64,000 bases of DNA, from NCBI GenBank assembly GCA_963761335.1, contig CAVXGR010000011.1, forward strand, positions 64,001-128,000. The letters run 5' to 3'. The position numbers and the translations under genes are program-made. The notes beneath the pieces are model-generated. The model saw only the letters and a program-made list of their open reading frames with translations. It was not told the origin of the DNA and searched no databases. This document shows, one piece after another, positions 55,409 to 64,000 of the stretch. The stretch's first letter is position 1. The number at the start of each line of letters is the position of its first letter. Source of the DNA: an uncultured delta proteobacterium (GTDB taxonomy: Bacteria > Desulfobacterota > Binatia > HRBIN30 > BPIQ01).

Positions 55409-56434
55409 TCAGGCGAAGAGAAGCTCGCATCCGCTGCCGGCGAGGAGCCCGTCCACGGTGGCGCGGTCACCGGCGGCGAGCCCGGCATAGCCGTCGCGAA
55501 GCCAGCGCAGGCATTTCCCCTGATAGGGAAACGGGCGTTGCCTCCACGGCCTGCCGTCGATGGTGCACTCGACCCGCTCGGCGCCGCGATCCAGTGCCGC
55601 GGCATTGGCGAGCAGGAAGGGCACGTAGACGCGTCCGACCTCCGCCAGCAGACCGCGCAGCGACTCGGGCACCGCGCCGCGCGACGTCCACTCGTCATCC
55701 CGCGGCTCCAGACCGGAGAGATCCTCGGTCACGTCCACCCAGGCCACGACGCGCGGCGCCTCCTGGCGCGCCAGCGCCGCGGGCGTGGGATCGAAGCCGA
55801 CCAGCTGCGTCAGCTGCCCGAAGAGCGCGAAGTCCGAAGACGCCGGGCGCCCGCCGAAGAGAAAGCGCGAGTGCCTCAGGTGGGCGTCGAGCAGGCGGAG
55901 CAGACGCCGGTAGCTCTCCTCGATGACCGGAGCGGTGATCTCGTTCGAGCCGACGACGGCGAGACGCCCGACCTGGCGTTCGGCAAACATCTTGCCGTTG
56001 GCGACCGCCTCGCTCTCCGGCTGGTCGGTGCGAAACCAGCGCGGCAGGATGGCCGCGGCATTGGCGACGTCGGGGGCAAAGGCCCAGCGGTAGTGGAACA
56101 TCGCCTTGGTGACCCACTCGTCGGCGTAGTCCTCCAGTAAGGCGTCGATGAAGGACAGCGCCGCCTCGGCCGGGATCACCGAGCGCTCCGGATGGCGCTT
56201 CTCGAGCTCGCGGATGAGCGGCGTGGAGTCGGTGCGCGCCTCGAGGGCACCATCCGCCCCCGGAAGCATGAGCTGCGGGAGGAGCTGCACGCGGGGTTGC
56301 GGCAGAGCGCGGCTCTCCGGTGAGCCCTGGTTGATCCACGCGTAGGGAATGCGACGGTAGCGCAGCACGGCGCGCAGCTTGCGGCTGTACGGAGAGCCCG
56401 GGGCTCCGACCATGCGAAGCGGTTGATCGATCAT
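55409..56434 (-). CDS. GST-like protein (extended)
   Basis: GSPYSRKLR, DSTP, DYADEW, FLFGGRP..SDFALFGQL. Confidence 0.85.
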   Translation of the reverse strand: MIDQPLRMVGAPGSPYSRKLRAVLRYRRIPYAWINQGSPESRALPQPRVQLLPQLMLPGADGALEARTDSTPLIRELEKRHPERSVIPAEAALSFIDALLEDYADEWVTKAMFHYRWAFAPDVANAAAILPRWFRTDQPESEAVANGKMFAERQVGRLAVVGSNEITAPVIEESYRRLLRLLDAHLRHSRFLFGGRPASSDFALFGQLTQLVGFDPTPAALARQEAPRVVAWVDVTEDLSGLEPRDDEWTSRGAVPESLRGLLAEVGRVYVPFLLANAAALDRGAERVECTIDGRPWRQRPFPYQGKCLRWLRDGYAGLAAGDRATVDGLLAGSGCELLFA

Positions 56435-57111
56435 CTGTGCACCTCCGCTCTGGCCCCTCTGCTCTGTGGGTGCAGCGCCGCGACCAAGGCGAGAACCGCA
56501 CGCTCCACGGCCGCCCGCGCCCGCGCCACGCCGAGCCCCTGGTCGCTGCGCAGCCGGTCCCAGGCCTCGAAGGAAGCGGCGAGGTCGACGGCGTCGGCAA
56601 CGGCACCCGGCGCCTCGCCGATCTCCGGCAGCCAGCGAATCAGATCGGCGCGCAGCGCCCGCACCAGGTGCGCGTGGCGATCGCGAAGAAACGGAGACCG
56701 CCAGCGTTTCAGATTTCCCGAGCGCTTGAAGGGCGCGATGCGCTCGAAGAAGACGGCTCGTTGCTGCACCAGGGCGCGAGCTCTCTCCGAGAGCGGGCCC
56801 TGCCGGGTGCCGCCGACGAGCAGAGGCAGGACCTCCGCTTCGAGCCTCGCATTCATCTCGGCGAACAGGCTCTCCATGTCCGAGAAGCGCCGGAACACGG
56901 TGCGAATTCCCACGCCGGCGCGCGCCGCCACCTGCTGCGCCGTGGGCTCGAGAACGCCCTCGCCGACCAGCCCCAGCAGCGCCTCGACGATCGCCTGGCC
57001 GCTCCGCTGCGAGCGCCGCACGCGGCCGTCAGCGGCGATCTCCGGCGTTTTCTTGCTGAGCAGCGCCGCCCCGCGGATCGCCTTGCGCGCCCCCTCGGTG
57101 GGTCGTTCCAT
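56431..57111 (-). CDS. TetR/AcrR-family regulator
   Basis: DGRVRRSQRS...PTAQQVAARAGVGIRTVFRRFSDMESL. Confidence 0.92.
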   Translation of the reverse strand: MERPTEGARKAIRGAALLSKKTPEIAADGRVRRSQRSGQAIVEALLGLVGEGVLEPTAQQVAARAGVGIRTVFRRFSDMESLFAEMNARLEAEVLPLLVGGTRQGPLSERARALVQQRAVFFERIAPFKRSGNLKRWRSPFLRDRHAHLVRALRADLIRWLPEIGEAPGAVADAVDLAASFEAWDRLRSDQGLGVARARAAVERAVLALVAALHPQSRGARAEVHR

Positions 57112-57126
57112 GGAGGTCAATCTATT

Positions 57127-57151
57127 GGCATAATGACTGCCGTTATGTCAA
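57127..57151 (-). promoter_or_regulatory. Palindromic operator overlapping TTGACA
   Basis: GGCATAATGAC-T-GCCGTTATGTC dyad directly upstream of tetR. Confidence 0.7.
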
Positions 57152-57191
57152 GCCGCGATTGCTGCCGCGGTTTCAAGCTCCCAGCCCTCCA

Positions 57192-57299
57192 GCCCCTTCA
57201 AGACCATTCCCGCCGGCTCGCGGGCCGAGGAGAAGCGGCGTCTCGCCGCTTCGGAAAGCGCCGGGACGGCGCTTCTACTTTGGTTTTGAGACCGCCTCT
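57192..57299. mobile_element. Second, inverted copy of the 52.7-kb MITE
   Basis: Near-identical core as reverse complement; end TTTTGAGACCGCCTCT; other end eroded. Confidence 0.8.
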
Positions 57300-57386
57300 G
57301 CAGCCCCCGGCGACCATCACGGAGGCGTGACGCGCCGCGCCTGCCGGGTCGATCCCGCCGCCATTTCGTTCGCCCGCCCCTTCCAA

Positions 57387-57953
57387 CTACTCCGCATCTT
57401 CGATCTTGCGCACCGGCATCAGCTGCGGCCGCAGGCGCAGCGGTTCGGCCTTCTCGGCGATCAGCTCGCGGTTGCGCTCGCTGTATGAGAAGCAGGTGTC
57501 GCGCATTCCCGGAACGTTCTCCATGACGAAGGCGTGGCGGCGGGCGGGGACGTCCTCGCGGGCTCGCTCCTCGCGCGGCATCGCCTGGAAGACGCGCACG
57601 AAGTGCAGCTGGTAGGCCGCCTGAGCGATCTCGACGAGCAGCTCGGAGACCCGGTGGCAGCCGCCGGAGCCGCCGACGATACGCCGCGCCGCGCCGGTGA
57701 AGCCGCGCTCGACGCGCATGCCGATGAGGCGCTCGACGTTCGGGTGCGTCATGTCGCAGACGCGCGTGAACGGGCCGTTGCGCACCTGGCTGCGGGCGGC
57801 GACGATCTCCAGCGACGGATGGAGGATCTCGACCTCGGCGTGCACGTCGTGAACCTCGTCCTGCAGAAACGCCTCGATCAGGAAGCGGTCTCCGCCGAGC
57901 GGGTAGATGTTCACTTCCTTGGTGCGGTGATAGACCGCAGTCACATCTGGCAT
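57387..57953 (-). CDS. DUF2889 domain protein
   Basis: D.VHD, PF..VC, GGSGGCHRVSELL, DTCFSY. Confidence 0.8.
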   Translation of the reverse strand: MPDVTAVYHRTKEVNIYPLGGDRFLIEAFLQDEVHDVHAEVEILHPSLEIVAARSQVRNGPFTRVCDMTHPNVERLIGMRVERGFTGAARRIVGGSGGCHRVSELLVEIAQAAYQLHFVRVFQAMPREERAREDVPARRHAFVMENVPGMRDTCFSYSERNRELIAEKAEPLRLRPQLMPVRKIEDAE

Positions 57954-58009
57954 GCCGGCGCTTATACTTGGGTGGCAACGCCAGTGCCAGATCGCTGCTG
58001 GCGCAACAT

Positions 58010-58849
58010 CTACAGCGCGGCGCCGCTTTCCGCAGGCGTACCGATGCTCGCCTGCCCCATCAGGGGCCAGTAGCTCATCTCGTTGCCAAAGGCGTCGAAG
58101 GCAGTCACGTAGAACGTGTAGCCGCTGCTCGACAGCAGGTCGGCGACGTCCAGCTGCAAAACGTCGGGCGGCGTGCTGGCGATGCGAGATACTCCGCACG
58201 GCGGAGGCTTGCCCCGCAAGCACCACTTTTCCTCGTAGATGCGATAGCCGCGGACGCCGCTGTCGTCCCTCGCCGCCTCCCACTCCAGGTGAGCGCCGTG
58301 CGCCCAGATGCCGCTGGCACGCACCCCCGGCACAGGCCGCGGCGGCGTGACATCGGTCCCCAGCGGCCAGACCGGGAGCTTCAGCCCGCAGCTGGCGCTG
58401 CCCTGACTGCTGGTGGCGCGAACGGTGACCTTCTGCGTGGGCGCCTCGAGCGGATACGGCGTCGTCTCCTGCCCCTCGAGCGGCGTCCACGAGGCGCGAT
58501 AGTGCCCGGAAATCTCCGTCGGACTGAACGTCATCCCCTGCGGTCCAGACTCGAGCGACAACGCCGGCAGCGGCGTACCGGCGGCATCGAAGTAGATGTC
58601 GACGCGAACCCCGACGATTACGCTCGGTATCCAGCCAGTAGCGCCGGTGGGATCGCTGTATCTACACGACGGCGCCGGCGACAACCTCGCCGCCCTTGGC
58701 CCGGCGGGTTGTGCATCCTGCGCGAGAGCGCCGCCGGCGACGACAATCACCGTCACCAGCGCGCCCAGCGCGCCTCCCAAATGGGTTCCGACCCGGGCCC
58801 TCGACCGCCTGCCACCTCTCCTCGCGCGGCGATACCGCCTCTGCGTCAT
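58010..58849 (-). CDS. Secreted fibronectin type III domain protein
   Basis: Signal peptide; DVTPP...LEWEAARDDSGVRGYRIY...YTFYVTAFDAFGNE; AGGAG SD. Confidence 0.8.
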   Translation of the reverse strand: MTQRRYRRARRGGRRSRARVGTHLGGALGALVTVIVVAGGALAQDAQPAGPRAARLSPAPSCRYSDPTGATGWIPSVIVGVRVDIYFDAAGTPLPALSLESGPQGMTFSPTEISGHYRASWTPLEGQETTPYPLEAPTQKVTVRATSSQGSASCGLKLPVWPLGTDVTPPRPVPGVRASGIWAHGAHLEWEAARDDSGVRGYRIYEEKWCLRGKPPPCGVSRIASTPPDVLQLDVADLLSSSGYTFYVTAFDAFGNEMSYWPLMGQASIGTPAESGAAL

Positions 58850-59043
58850 TCCGAGTCTCCTGTACTTCGACTCGGCCCAAGTCGCGTGCCTGGCGTATGC
58901 AAGAGCCACGCCCGCCCTCATCCTCCCAGATTCCGCGGCGCGACGCGCGGAGACGTCTCGAGGATCTGGGCATATGCCCCCGCGAGGACAGAAATGCCCC
59001 ACGGTCAGGCAGATGTCTCAGAGAGAAGCGGACGCCGTCCCGA

Positions 59044-61284
59044 TCAGTGGAAGAGGCGCTCGAGACCGCGGCGCAGGAGCTCCTCCTCGGGCCCCGGCGT
59101 CGCGCTCCCGCCCTTTGGCTTGCCGAGCAGCTTGTTCAGCCCCTCTCCCACCAGAGCGCGCTGCAGTGCCCGGGCGATGAAGCTGGCGTCGGGCTGCGCG
59201 CGCAGGCGCGGCACCGTGCCCGTCAACCTGAACGGTACCTCGAGGCAGCCGGAGGCGTCGGTCAGATACCTGGCTTCGCCGACGTCGCGGGCAATGTCGG
59301 TGCTCAGCTGGCGCGATGCCCTCAGCTTCGACGAGAGGTCGACGGTGCCGTCGAACCCCAACCAGCCGGCCGCGGAGATGCTGTAATCGCGCGCCACCAG
59401 CGTCAGATCGTCGGTGCGCATTCGTTCCTCGGCGATGCGCAGGGTGCCGCCGAGGCTCTGGAAGTGGGCATCGGCGGTGCGGAAGAGGTCCGGGTACTTG
59501 TTGCGCACCCGCGGCGAGATCAGCTCGGCAAGACCCGGCATCCCGGTGATTCCCCCGAGGACGCTCGAGGCGACGTTCACGTCGTAGACCACTCCGTCGC
59601 GCACTGTCGCCCGGCCGCTGCCGACCAGCGAGCGGCGAATCGCCGGCCATTGCGCGCCGCGTCCGCGGACGTGCAAATCCGTGTCGAGCCGACCGCCGAG
59701 GCGCGGCGAGGACGCGGCCGCGGAGCGCGCCGCCAGCTCTTCGAGCTGCATGCCGCGCAAGCTGCCGTCGAGATCGAAGGCCGGCGATTCGCCGGCGGCG
59801 ACGTCGACCGTGCCGCTGAGCCGACAGCTGCCACCGGCGGCGCGCAGGGTGAGCTCGCGAAGCAGGAGATGCCGTTGACGGAGCTCGAGCCGGCCGTTCA
59901 GATCGCTGTAGTCGAGGCCGCGCAGGCGGCCGCCGGCCGAACGGACATCTGCCTGCAACTGCAGGGCGCCCGCATCCTCGGCGTATGTCGCCCGCACGTC
60001 CAGGTCCTTGAGCACCCCGGCGCTCGGATCGCCGAAGGCGCTGGACTTCAGCTCCGGCGAGCGGAGCGCCAAGGTCCCCTGGCGGTTCTTCACGTCCTCC
60101 ACCATCGCTTCGAGCTCGATGGCCGAGTCGCCGAGGGAAAAGCGTGTCGGGGGGACCTGGATCTGATTGCGCTCGAAGGAGATCACCGTCGACAGCCCCT
60201 GCAGGGGGACGCCGGGTCGCAGCTGGGCTCCGATGTCCTCAGCCGTCAAGCTGCCTTCGACGACCGGGATGGAGCCGGCGCCGAGAATCGCATCGATACC
60301 CAGGTGTGCGTCGATCACGCCTGTCGGCTGCAGCCCAGCGACGAGTGGCACCAGACCTGCCCAGGCGGCAAATGGCAAGCGGTCGCCATCGAACCTGCCC
60401 TCGAAGCGAATCGGAGCCCCGTGGATGTGGAGCACACCGCTGCCCGAAAGCTCGGAGTCGGCGACCTGAACGGCAAACCGGGGAATGTCCACCTCCTCGG
60501 CGGCGGGGTCCACCTGCACCTGTAGCACCAGCGGCAGATCCCTGGGCTTGGCGAAGGCGGTGCCAAACGACAGAGCCGCGCCGGTGGTGTCGAGGGTCAG
60601 CACAATCGAAGGCGCCCCGCCGCTTCCGAACACGGTCGCGTGCAACTCCATGTCGCCCTGGCCGGCGAAGCCCTCGGGCAACAGTGGCGCGAGCGCCTCG
60701 TTTGCAGAGACCGCCTCGACGGTCAGGGGCTCGACGTCGACCCGCAGATCGAGAGGTGCGGCGGCGTAGTCGAGCGCCGCGCTGATCGGCCCGGCGGTGC
60801 CGGAGACGCGCAGGTTCTGCGTCTTGCTGCCGGGAAGCGCCGCGGCCAAATCGATCTGCAGCGGAACGCCGATACCGACGTCACGCGCGGAGAGGTCGAT
60901 GTCACTGGCATCGACGGCAATTGGTGGCGAGAGGTTCCGATCGACGAAATGGACGACGCCATCGCGAACGCGGAGGCGGCTGATCTGATAGCGCCCAAAG
61001 AGCGCCGGCAGCAGCTTCAAGACGAAGTCGACGCGGCGCGCTCGGAAGAGATCCGTCGAGCCGTCATCCGCGGCGATGCGCAGGTTGGTGAGCTTGGCGC
61101 CAAGGCCGCCGCGAAAGCTGACACCGATACCGTCAAATGAAATCGGCCGGCCAATCGCCGCCTGCGCCTGCTCTGCCAGCCACTGTCGGTTGTCCTTCAA
61201 CCAGGAGTCGAGGTGAATCGCGACGAACACAATGCCCGCGGCGATCACGGCCAGCACTGCAACCGGAATGACCCATCTACGCAT
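59044..61284 (-). CDS. AsmA-family protein
   Basis: N-terminal TM, AQAAIGRPI, LKLLPALFG, beta-rich body, C-terminal GWLGFDGTVDL...VPFRLTGT..P. Confidence 0.88.
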   Translation of the reverse strand: MRRWVIPVAVLAVIAAGIVFVAIHLDSWLKDNRQWLAEQAQAAIGRPISFDGIGVSFRGGLGAKLTNLRIAADDGSTDLFRARRVDFVLKLLPALFGRYQISRLRVRDGVVHFVDRNLSPPIAVDASDIDLSARDVGIGVPLQIDLAAALPGSKTQNLRVSGTAGPISAALDYAAAPLDLRVDVEPLTVEAVSANEALAPLLPEGFAGQGDMELHATVFGSGGAPSIVLTLDTTGAALSFGTAFAKPRDLPLVLQVQVDPAAEEVDIPRFAVQVADSELSGSGVLHIHGAPIRFEGRFDGDRLPFAAWAGLVPLVAGLQPTGVIDAHLGIDAILGAGSIPVVEGSLTAEDIGAQLRPGVPLQGLSTVISFERNQIQVPPTRFSLGDSAIELEAMVEDVKNRQGTLALRSPELKSSAFGDPSAGVLKDLDVRATYAEDAGALQLQADVRSAGGRLRGLDYSDLNGRLELRQRHLLLRELTLRAAGGSCRLSGTVDVAAGESPAFDLDGSLRGMQLEELAARSAAASSPRLGGRLDTDLHVRGRGAQWPAIRRSLVGSGRATVRDGVVYDVNVASSVLGGITGMPGLAELISPRVRNKYPDLFRTADAHFQSLGGTLRIAEERMRTDDLTLVARDYSISAAGWLGFDGTVDLSSKLRASRQLSTDIARDVGEARYLTDASGCLEVPFRLTGTVPRLRAQPDASFIARALQRALVGEGLNKLLGKPKGGSATPGPEEELLRRGLERLFH

Positions 61285-61469
61285 TTCTGCTCCCCGCGCC
61301 GTCTTCGACACCGGTTCACCCAACCTGAGCGAGGTCGAGCCACCAGTCAACGGGCACGTATTCCTACGGGAGACAAATCCCGCAAGCGTCTATGGGAAAT
61401 CCCCTAATTGACGCGGAGCGGCACTGGGCGTAAAAGATTCCTGTGGCGATCGGATTGGAGGAACAGCTG

Positions 61470-61610
61470 ATGGACTCAGCATATCCGAACACGAGCCTTT
61501 GGAAGGACCCTCCGGCAAATCTGCCCCTGATCGGCTTCGTCGTGGGGACAGCTCTGAGCTGCTTTCTGTGGGTACTCGTCGGCTGGGGCGCCTGGGTCCT
61601 GATTCACTGA
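61470..61610 (+). CDS. Unannotated 46-aa single-pass membrane microprotein
   Basis: MDSAYPNTSLWKDPPANLPLIGFVVGTALSCFLWVLVGWGAWVLIH; GGAGG SD; TTGACG-N17-TAAAAG upstream. Confidence 0.65.
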   Translation: MDSAYPNTSLWKDPPANLPLIGFVVGTALSCFLWVLVGWGAWVLIH

Positions 61611-61640
61611 GCCTCCTCTTCGTACCCTCTCTTTCCCCCC

Positions 61641-61683
61641 TTCCGCTCACCGTCTGGATCCCGTGTCCGGACGGTGAGCGGAA
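61641..61683. terminator. 18-bp hairpin between convergent genes
   Basis: TTCCGCTCACCGTCTGGA / TCCGGACGGTGAGCGGAA; no clear U-tract. Confidence 0.55.
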
Positions 61684-61691
61684 CTCTCAGC

Positions 61692-62348
61692 TCATCCGGG
61701 GAACAGAACCAGACGCCGCGAGCGCGTCTCGCCGAGGCGCTCGAGGAACTCCTCTCGGCCGATGCTGCGGGCTCCGAGTCTCTGCATGTGCGGCGTGAGC
61801 ATCTGGATGTCGATCCAGTCGAGGCCGCGCCCCCGCAGGTGCTCGACCAAATGGAGCAGAGCGAGCTTGGAGGCGTTCGGCTCGCGATAGAACATACTCT
61901 CTGCAGCGAAGGCGCCGTCGACGTCGACACCGTAGATGCCGCCGGCGAGGCGGCGATCGATCCAGGCCTCGGCGCTGTGTGCCACACCCATGCGGTGCAG
62001 GCGGACGTAAGCGGCGGCGATCTCAGCGGTGATCCATGTCCCCCCCTGGCCGGGTCGGGGCGCCGCCGCGCAGGCGCGGATGACGGCGGCAAACGAGGCG
62101 TCAATGGTGAAGCGGAAGCGGCTCTGCCGCCGGGCGCGCTCCAAGCTGCGCGGCAGGTGCAGCTGCGAGAGCTCGAGGATCCCGCGCTCCGGCGGGCAGA
62201 ACCAGAGAAGCGGCATCCCCTCCGCCGGCCATGGGAAGATGCCCTGCCGATAGGCGAGCAAGAGGGTCTGCGGGTGGAGGTCACCGCCGACGCCGACGAT
62301 CCCTTCGGGAGAAGCGGAGCGCGGATCGGGAAAGCGAAGGACCGGCAT
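61692..62348 (-). CDS. aat: Leucyl/phenylalanyl-tRNA--protein transferase
   Basis: GGDL...AYRQGIFPW, GTWIT, AHSAEAW, ESMF, ASKLAL, IDIQ. Confidence 0.95.
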   Translation of the reverse strand: MPVLRFPDPRSASPEGIVGVGGDLHPQTLLLAYRQGIFPWPAEGMPLLWFCPPERGILELSQLHLPRSLERARRQSRFRFTIDASFAAVIRACAAAPRPGQGGTWITAEIAAAYVRLHRMGVAHSAEAWIDRRLAGGIYGVDVDGAFAAESMFYREPNASKLALLHLVEHLRGRGLDWIDIQMLTPHMQRLGARSIGREEFLERLGETRSRRLVLFPG

Positions 62349-62454
62349 GGGCGCCCGCACCTTAACGCTTTCTGCCTGGAAGGGCGAAGCTCGACCGAGA
62401 GAGAGGGCGAGCTGCGTCACCACCCGCGGGCTGTTGCATATCCCCGCAGCCGAG

Positions 62455-63578
62455 GAGGTTATCTCAAAAGCTTCAAGGCAATTCCCGCCGGCTCGCGAGC
62501 ACGCAAACACTGCCGGCGGGAACGCCGGCTTTGGCTGCAAGATGCGGAAGTGCTACAGGATTCGCCCCGATCTCCGCCGTCTTCGAGTTGTTGGCGTCCA
62601 CGATGCGCACCACCGCCTCGCCCGTCGTCAGCCCGATCGTCGACTGGGTCACGATCCCCGGCATGTCGTCCGCCGTGCACGGCATGCCGTCCGGTCCCAG
62701 CTGCGAGGGCTGGCCGCTCTGGATCACCCCGATCTTGATCGGCAGGCTCACCACCGCATCCCCGCCCCGAAGGTGCCGAGCTGGGTCACCACCCGCGGGC
62801 TGTTGCATATCCCTGGGTGAGACGGGGCTGGCGGCGTTCGGGTCGCACGGCTGCCCTTCCTTGCAGGCCATCGAGATGCTGCCGTCCGGCAGCACCGAGG
62901 TGTTGGTGCAGGTGGCGTCGTCGGGCAGACCGATCGTCGGACCGCTGTTGCCGAATGCCCCCGGCTTGGTGTCGTGATCCTGCACGATCAGCAGGTCGCG
63001 GTTGCTCGCCCCGCCGTCACAGTCGATGCTGCCCATACCGTCGCCGGTGAGGGTGACGCAGGCGGTGCCGACGCCGGTGACCTCCACCGGATCGAGCTGC
63101 ACGGAGGACTGCGGCACCACGATGGGCGCCACGCCGTTGCCGTCCGGGGCGCCGATCTCCATCTCGAAGGAGCCGGCAAGCGCCAGACCCAGCTGGCTGA
63201 ACTTGGTCTGCAGGAAGGCGCAGCTCCCCTGCGGCGGGTTGGAGTTGCAGGCGTTGCAGTCGAGGTTCTGCGTGCACGCCTGTCCCGCCTTCGGCCCGCC
63301 ACTGCAGCTGTTCGACACGCAGGTGCCGCCACCAGGCGCCAGCTGTACGACCACCGTGCCGATTGCCGCTCCTGGAGTCGCAGTCTCGGTCGCCGTCTGG
63401 GTGATGGTGCCGGTCGCCGTCGGCAGCGGCGTCTCGGTGATGGTGCCGGTGGCTGTCGGCACCGGGGTGTCGGTGACGGTGGCGGTAACCGTCACGGTCA
63501 CCGTGCTCGTCCGCGTCGTGGTCACGGTTGCCGTCGACGTCTCCGTCGCCGTGGGAGTCGCGGTTTTTGAGAAGCCTC
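62455..63578. mobile_element. MITE-ended element carrying a gene fragment
   Basis: Ends GAGGTTATCTCAAAA / TTTTGAGAAGCCTC. Subterminal sequence shared with the 52.7 and 57.2 kb MITEs. GAG on both flanks. Confidence 0.6.
62560..63562 (-). pseudogene. Internal fragment of a secreted Thr/Pro-linker, Cys-rich surface protein
   Basis: TATPTATET... linker plus Cys-containing domain. No start or signal peptide; truncated at both ends. Confidence 0.75.
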
Positions 63579-63910
63579 GAGGCCCCGGCAAGAGCCGGTA
63601 AGATTTTGCGAGCTATTCGGCTTCTATCGTGGTCAACGTTTTTTTGAACGAAATGAACGTCACCGCGGCGGCGCATCTGCGGCACGCAACACGATGCCGG
63701 CTTTGGCTGCAAGATGCGGAAGTGCTAGAGAATGTCTCACGGCAGCGGTGCCGGCACGACCGCCGATCGACTTCCGACAGCCTTTCCCCGTCGTCGCGAA
63801 GCGACACCGATTCCGCGAGAAGTCCGAACACATTCGGTTGACGAGATTCCAACAATGAGGTTGATAACATCGCCCCTGCGAGGGCGCGGCTCCAAAGGAG
63901 AGAGAAAGCA

Positions 63911-64000
63911 ATGACTGAGCGCACGCGTGAGATCCTGAGCTGGTACGGCAGCGACAACCCGGGAACCCGGACGAACATCGCGCGGCTGCTCAACCACGGC
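63911..64000 (+). CDS. Class I fructose-bisphosphate aldolase (N-terminus only)
   Basis: MTERTREILSWYGSDNPGTRTNIARLLNHG resembles DhnA/FbaB-type N-termini; AAGGAG upstream. Confidence 0.75.
   Translation, partial: MTERTREILSWYGSDNPGTRTNIARLLNHG

Noticed and set aside
63390..63560. Tandem DNA repeat array
   Set aside because: Simply encodes a Thr/Pro/Ala linker.

Overview
High-GC, gene-dense bacterial chromosomal segment. The secreted Cys-rich/Thr-Pro-linker proteins suggest Candidatus Binatia or a related deltaproteobacterial-type lineage (inference only). I found no rRNA, tRNA, CRISPR array, prophage or transposase gene. Recognisable content: an MdtAB-like RND pump plus sigma-54 two-component system divergent from degP; a second TolC/MFP/RND cassette inside a duplicated and reciprocally deleted OmpR-type two-component locus; hsp20-lon; metY and a metX-metW fusion; opgG; an Asp-box propeller/MoaD pair; a TetR-GST-sulfatase-haloalkane dehalogenase operon; an AsmA protein; aat; and the start of a class I aldolase. 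The most notable signals are: (i) many genes collapsed to fused N- and C-terminal stubs; (ii) several MITE-like elements whose IS-like terminal repeats enclose REP palindromes, one apparently carrying a 1 kb gene fragment; (iii) unusual proteins: a conotoxin-framework cystine-knot lipoprotein, a heme-c/Vgb-propeller/Cys-repeat lipoprotein and an AT-hook basic protein; (iv) an ECF42-like promoter on a ubiquitin-like/propeller pair; (v) frequent leaderless gene starts. Some single-base frameshifts fall in homopolymers and may be assembly errors. All family assignments come from motif recognition by eye, not from database searches.
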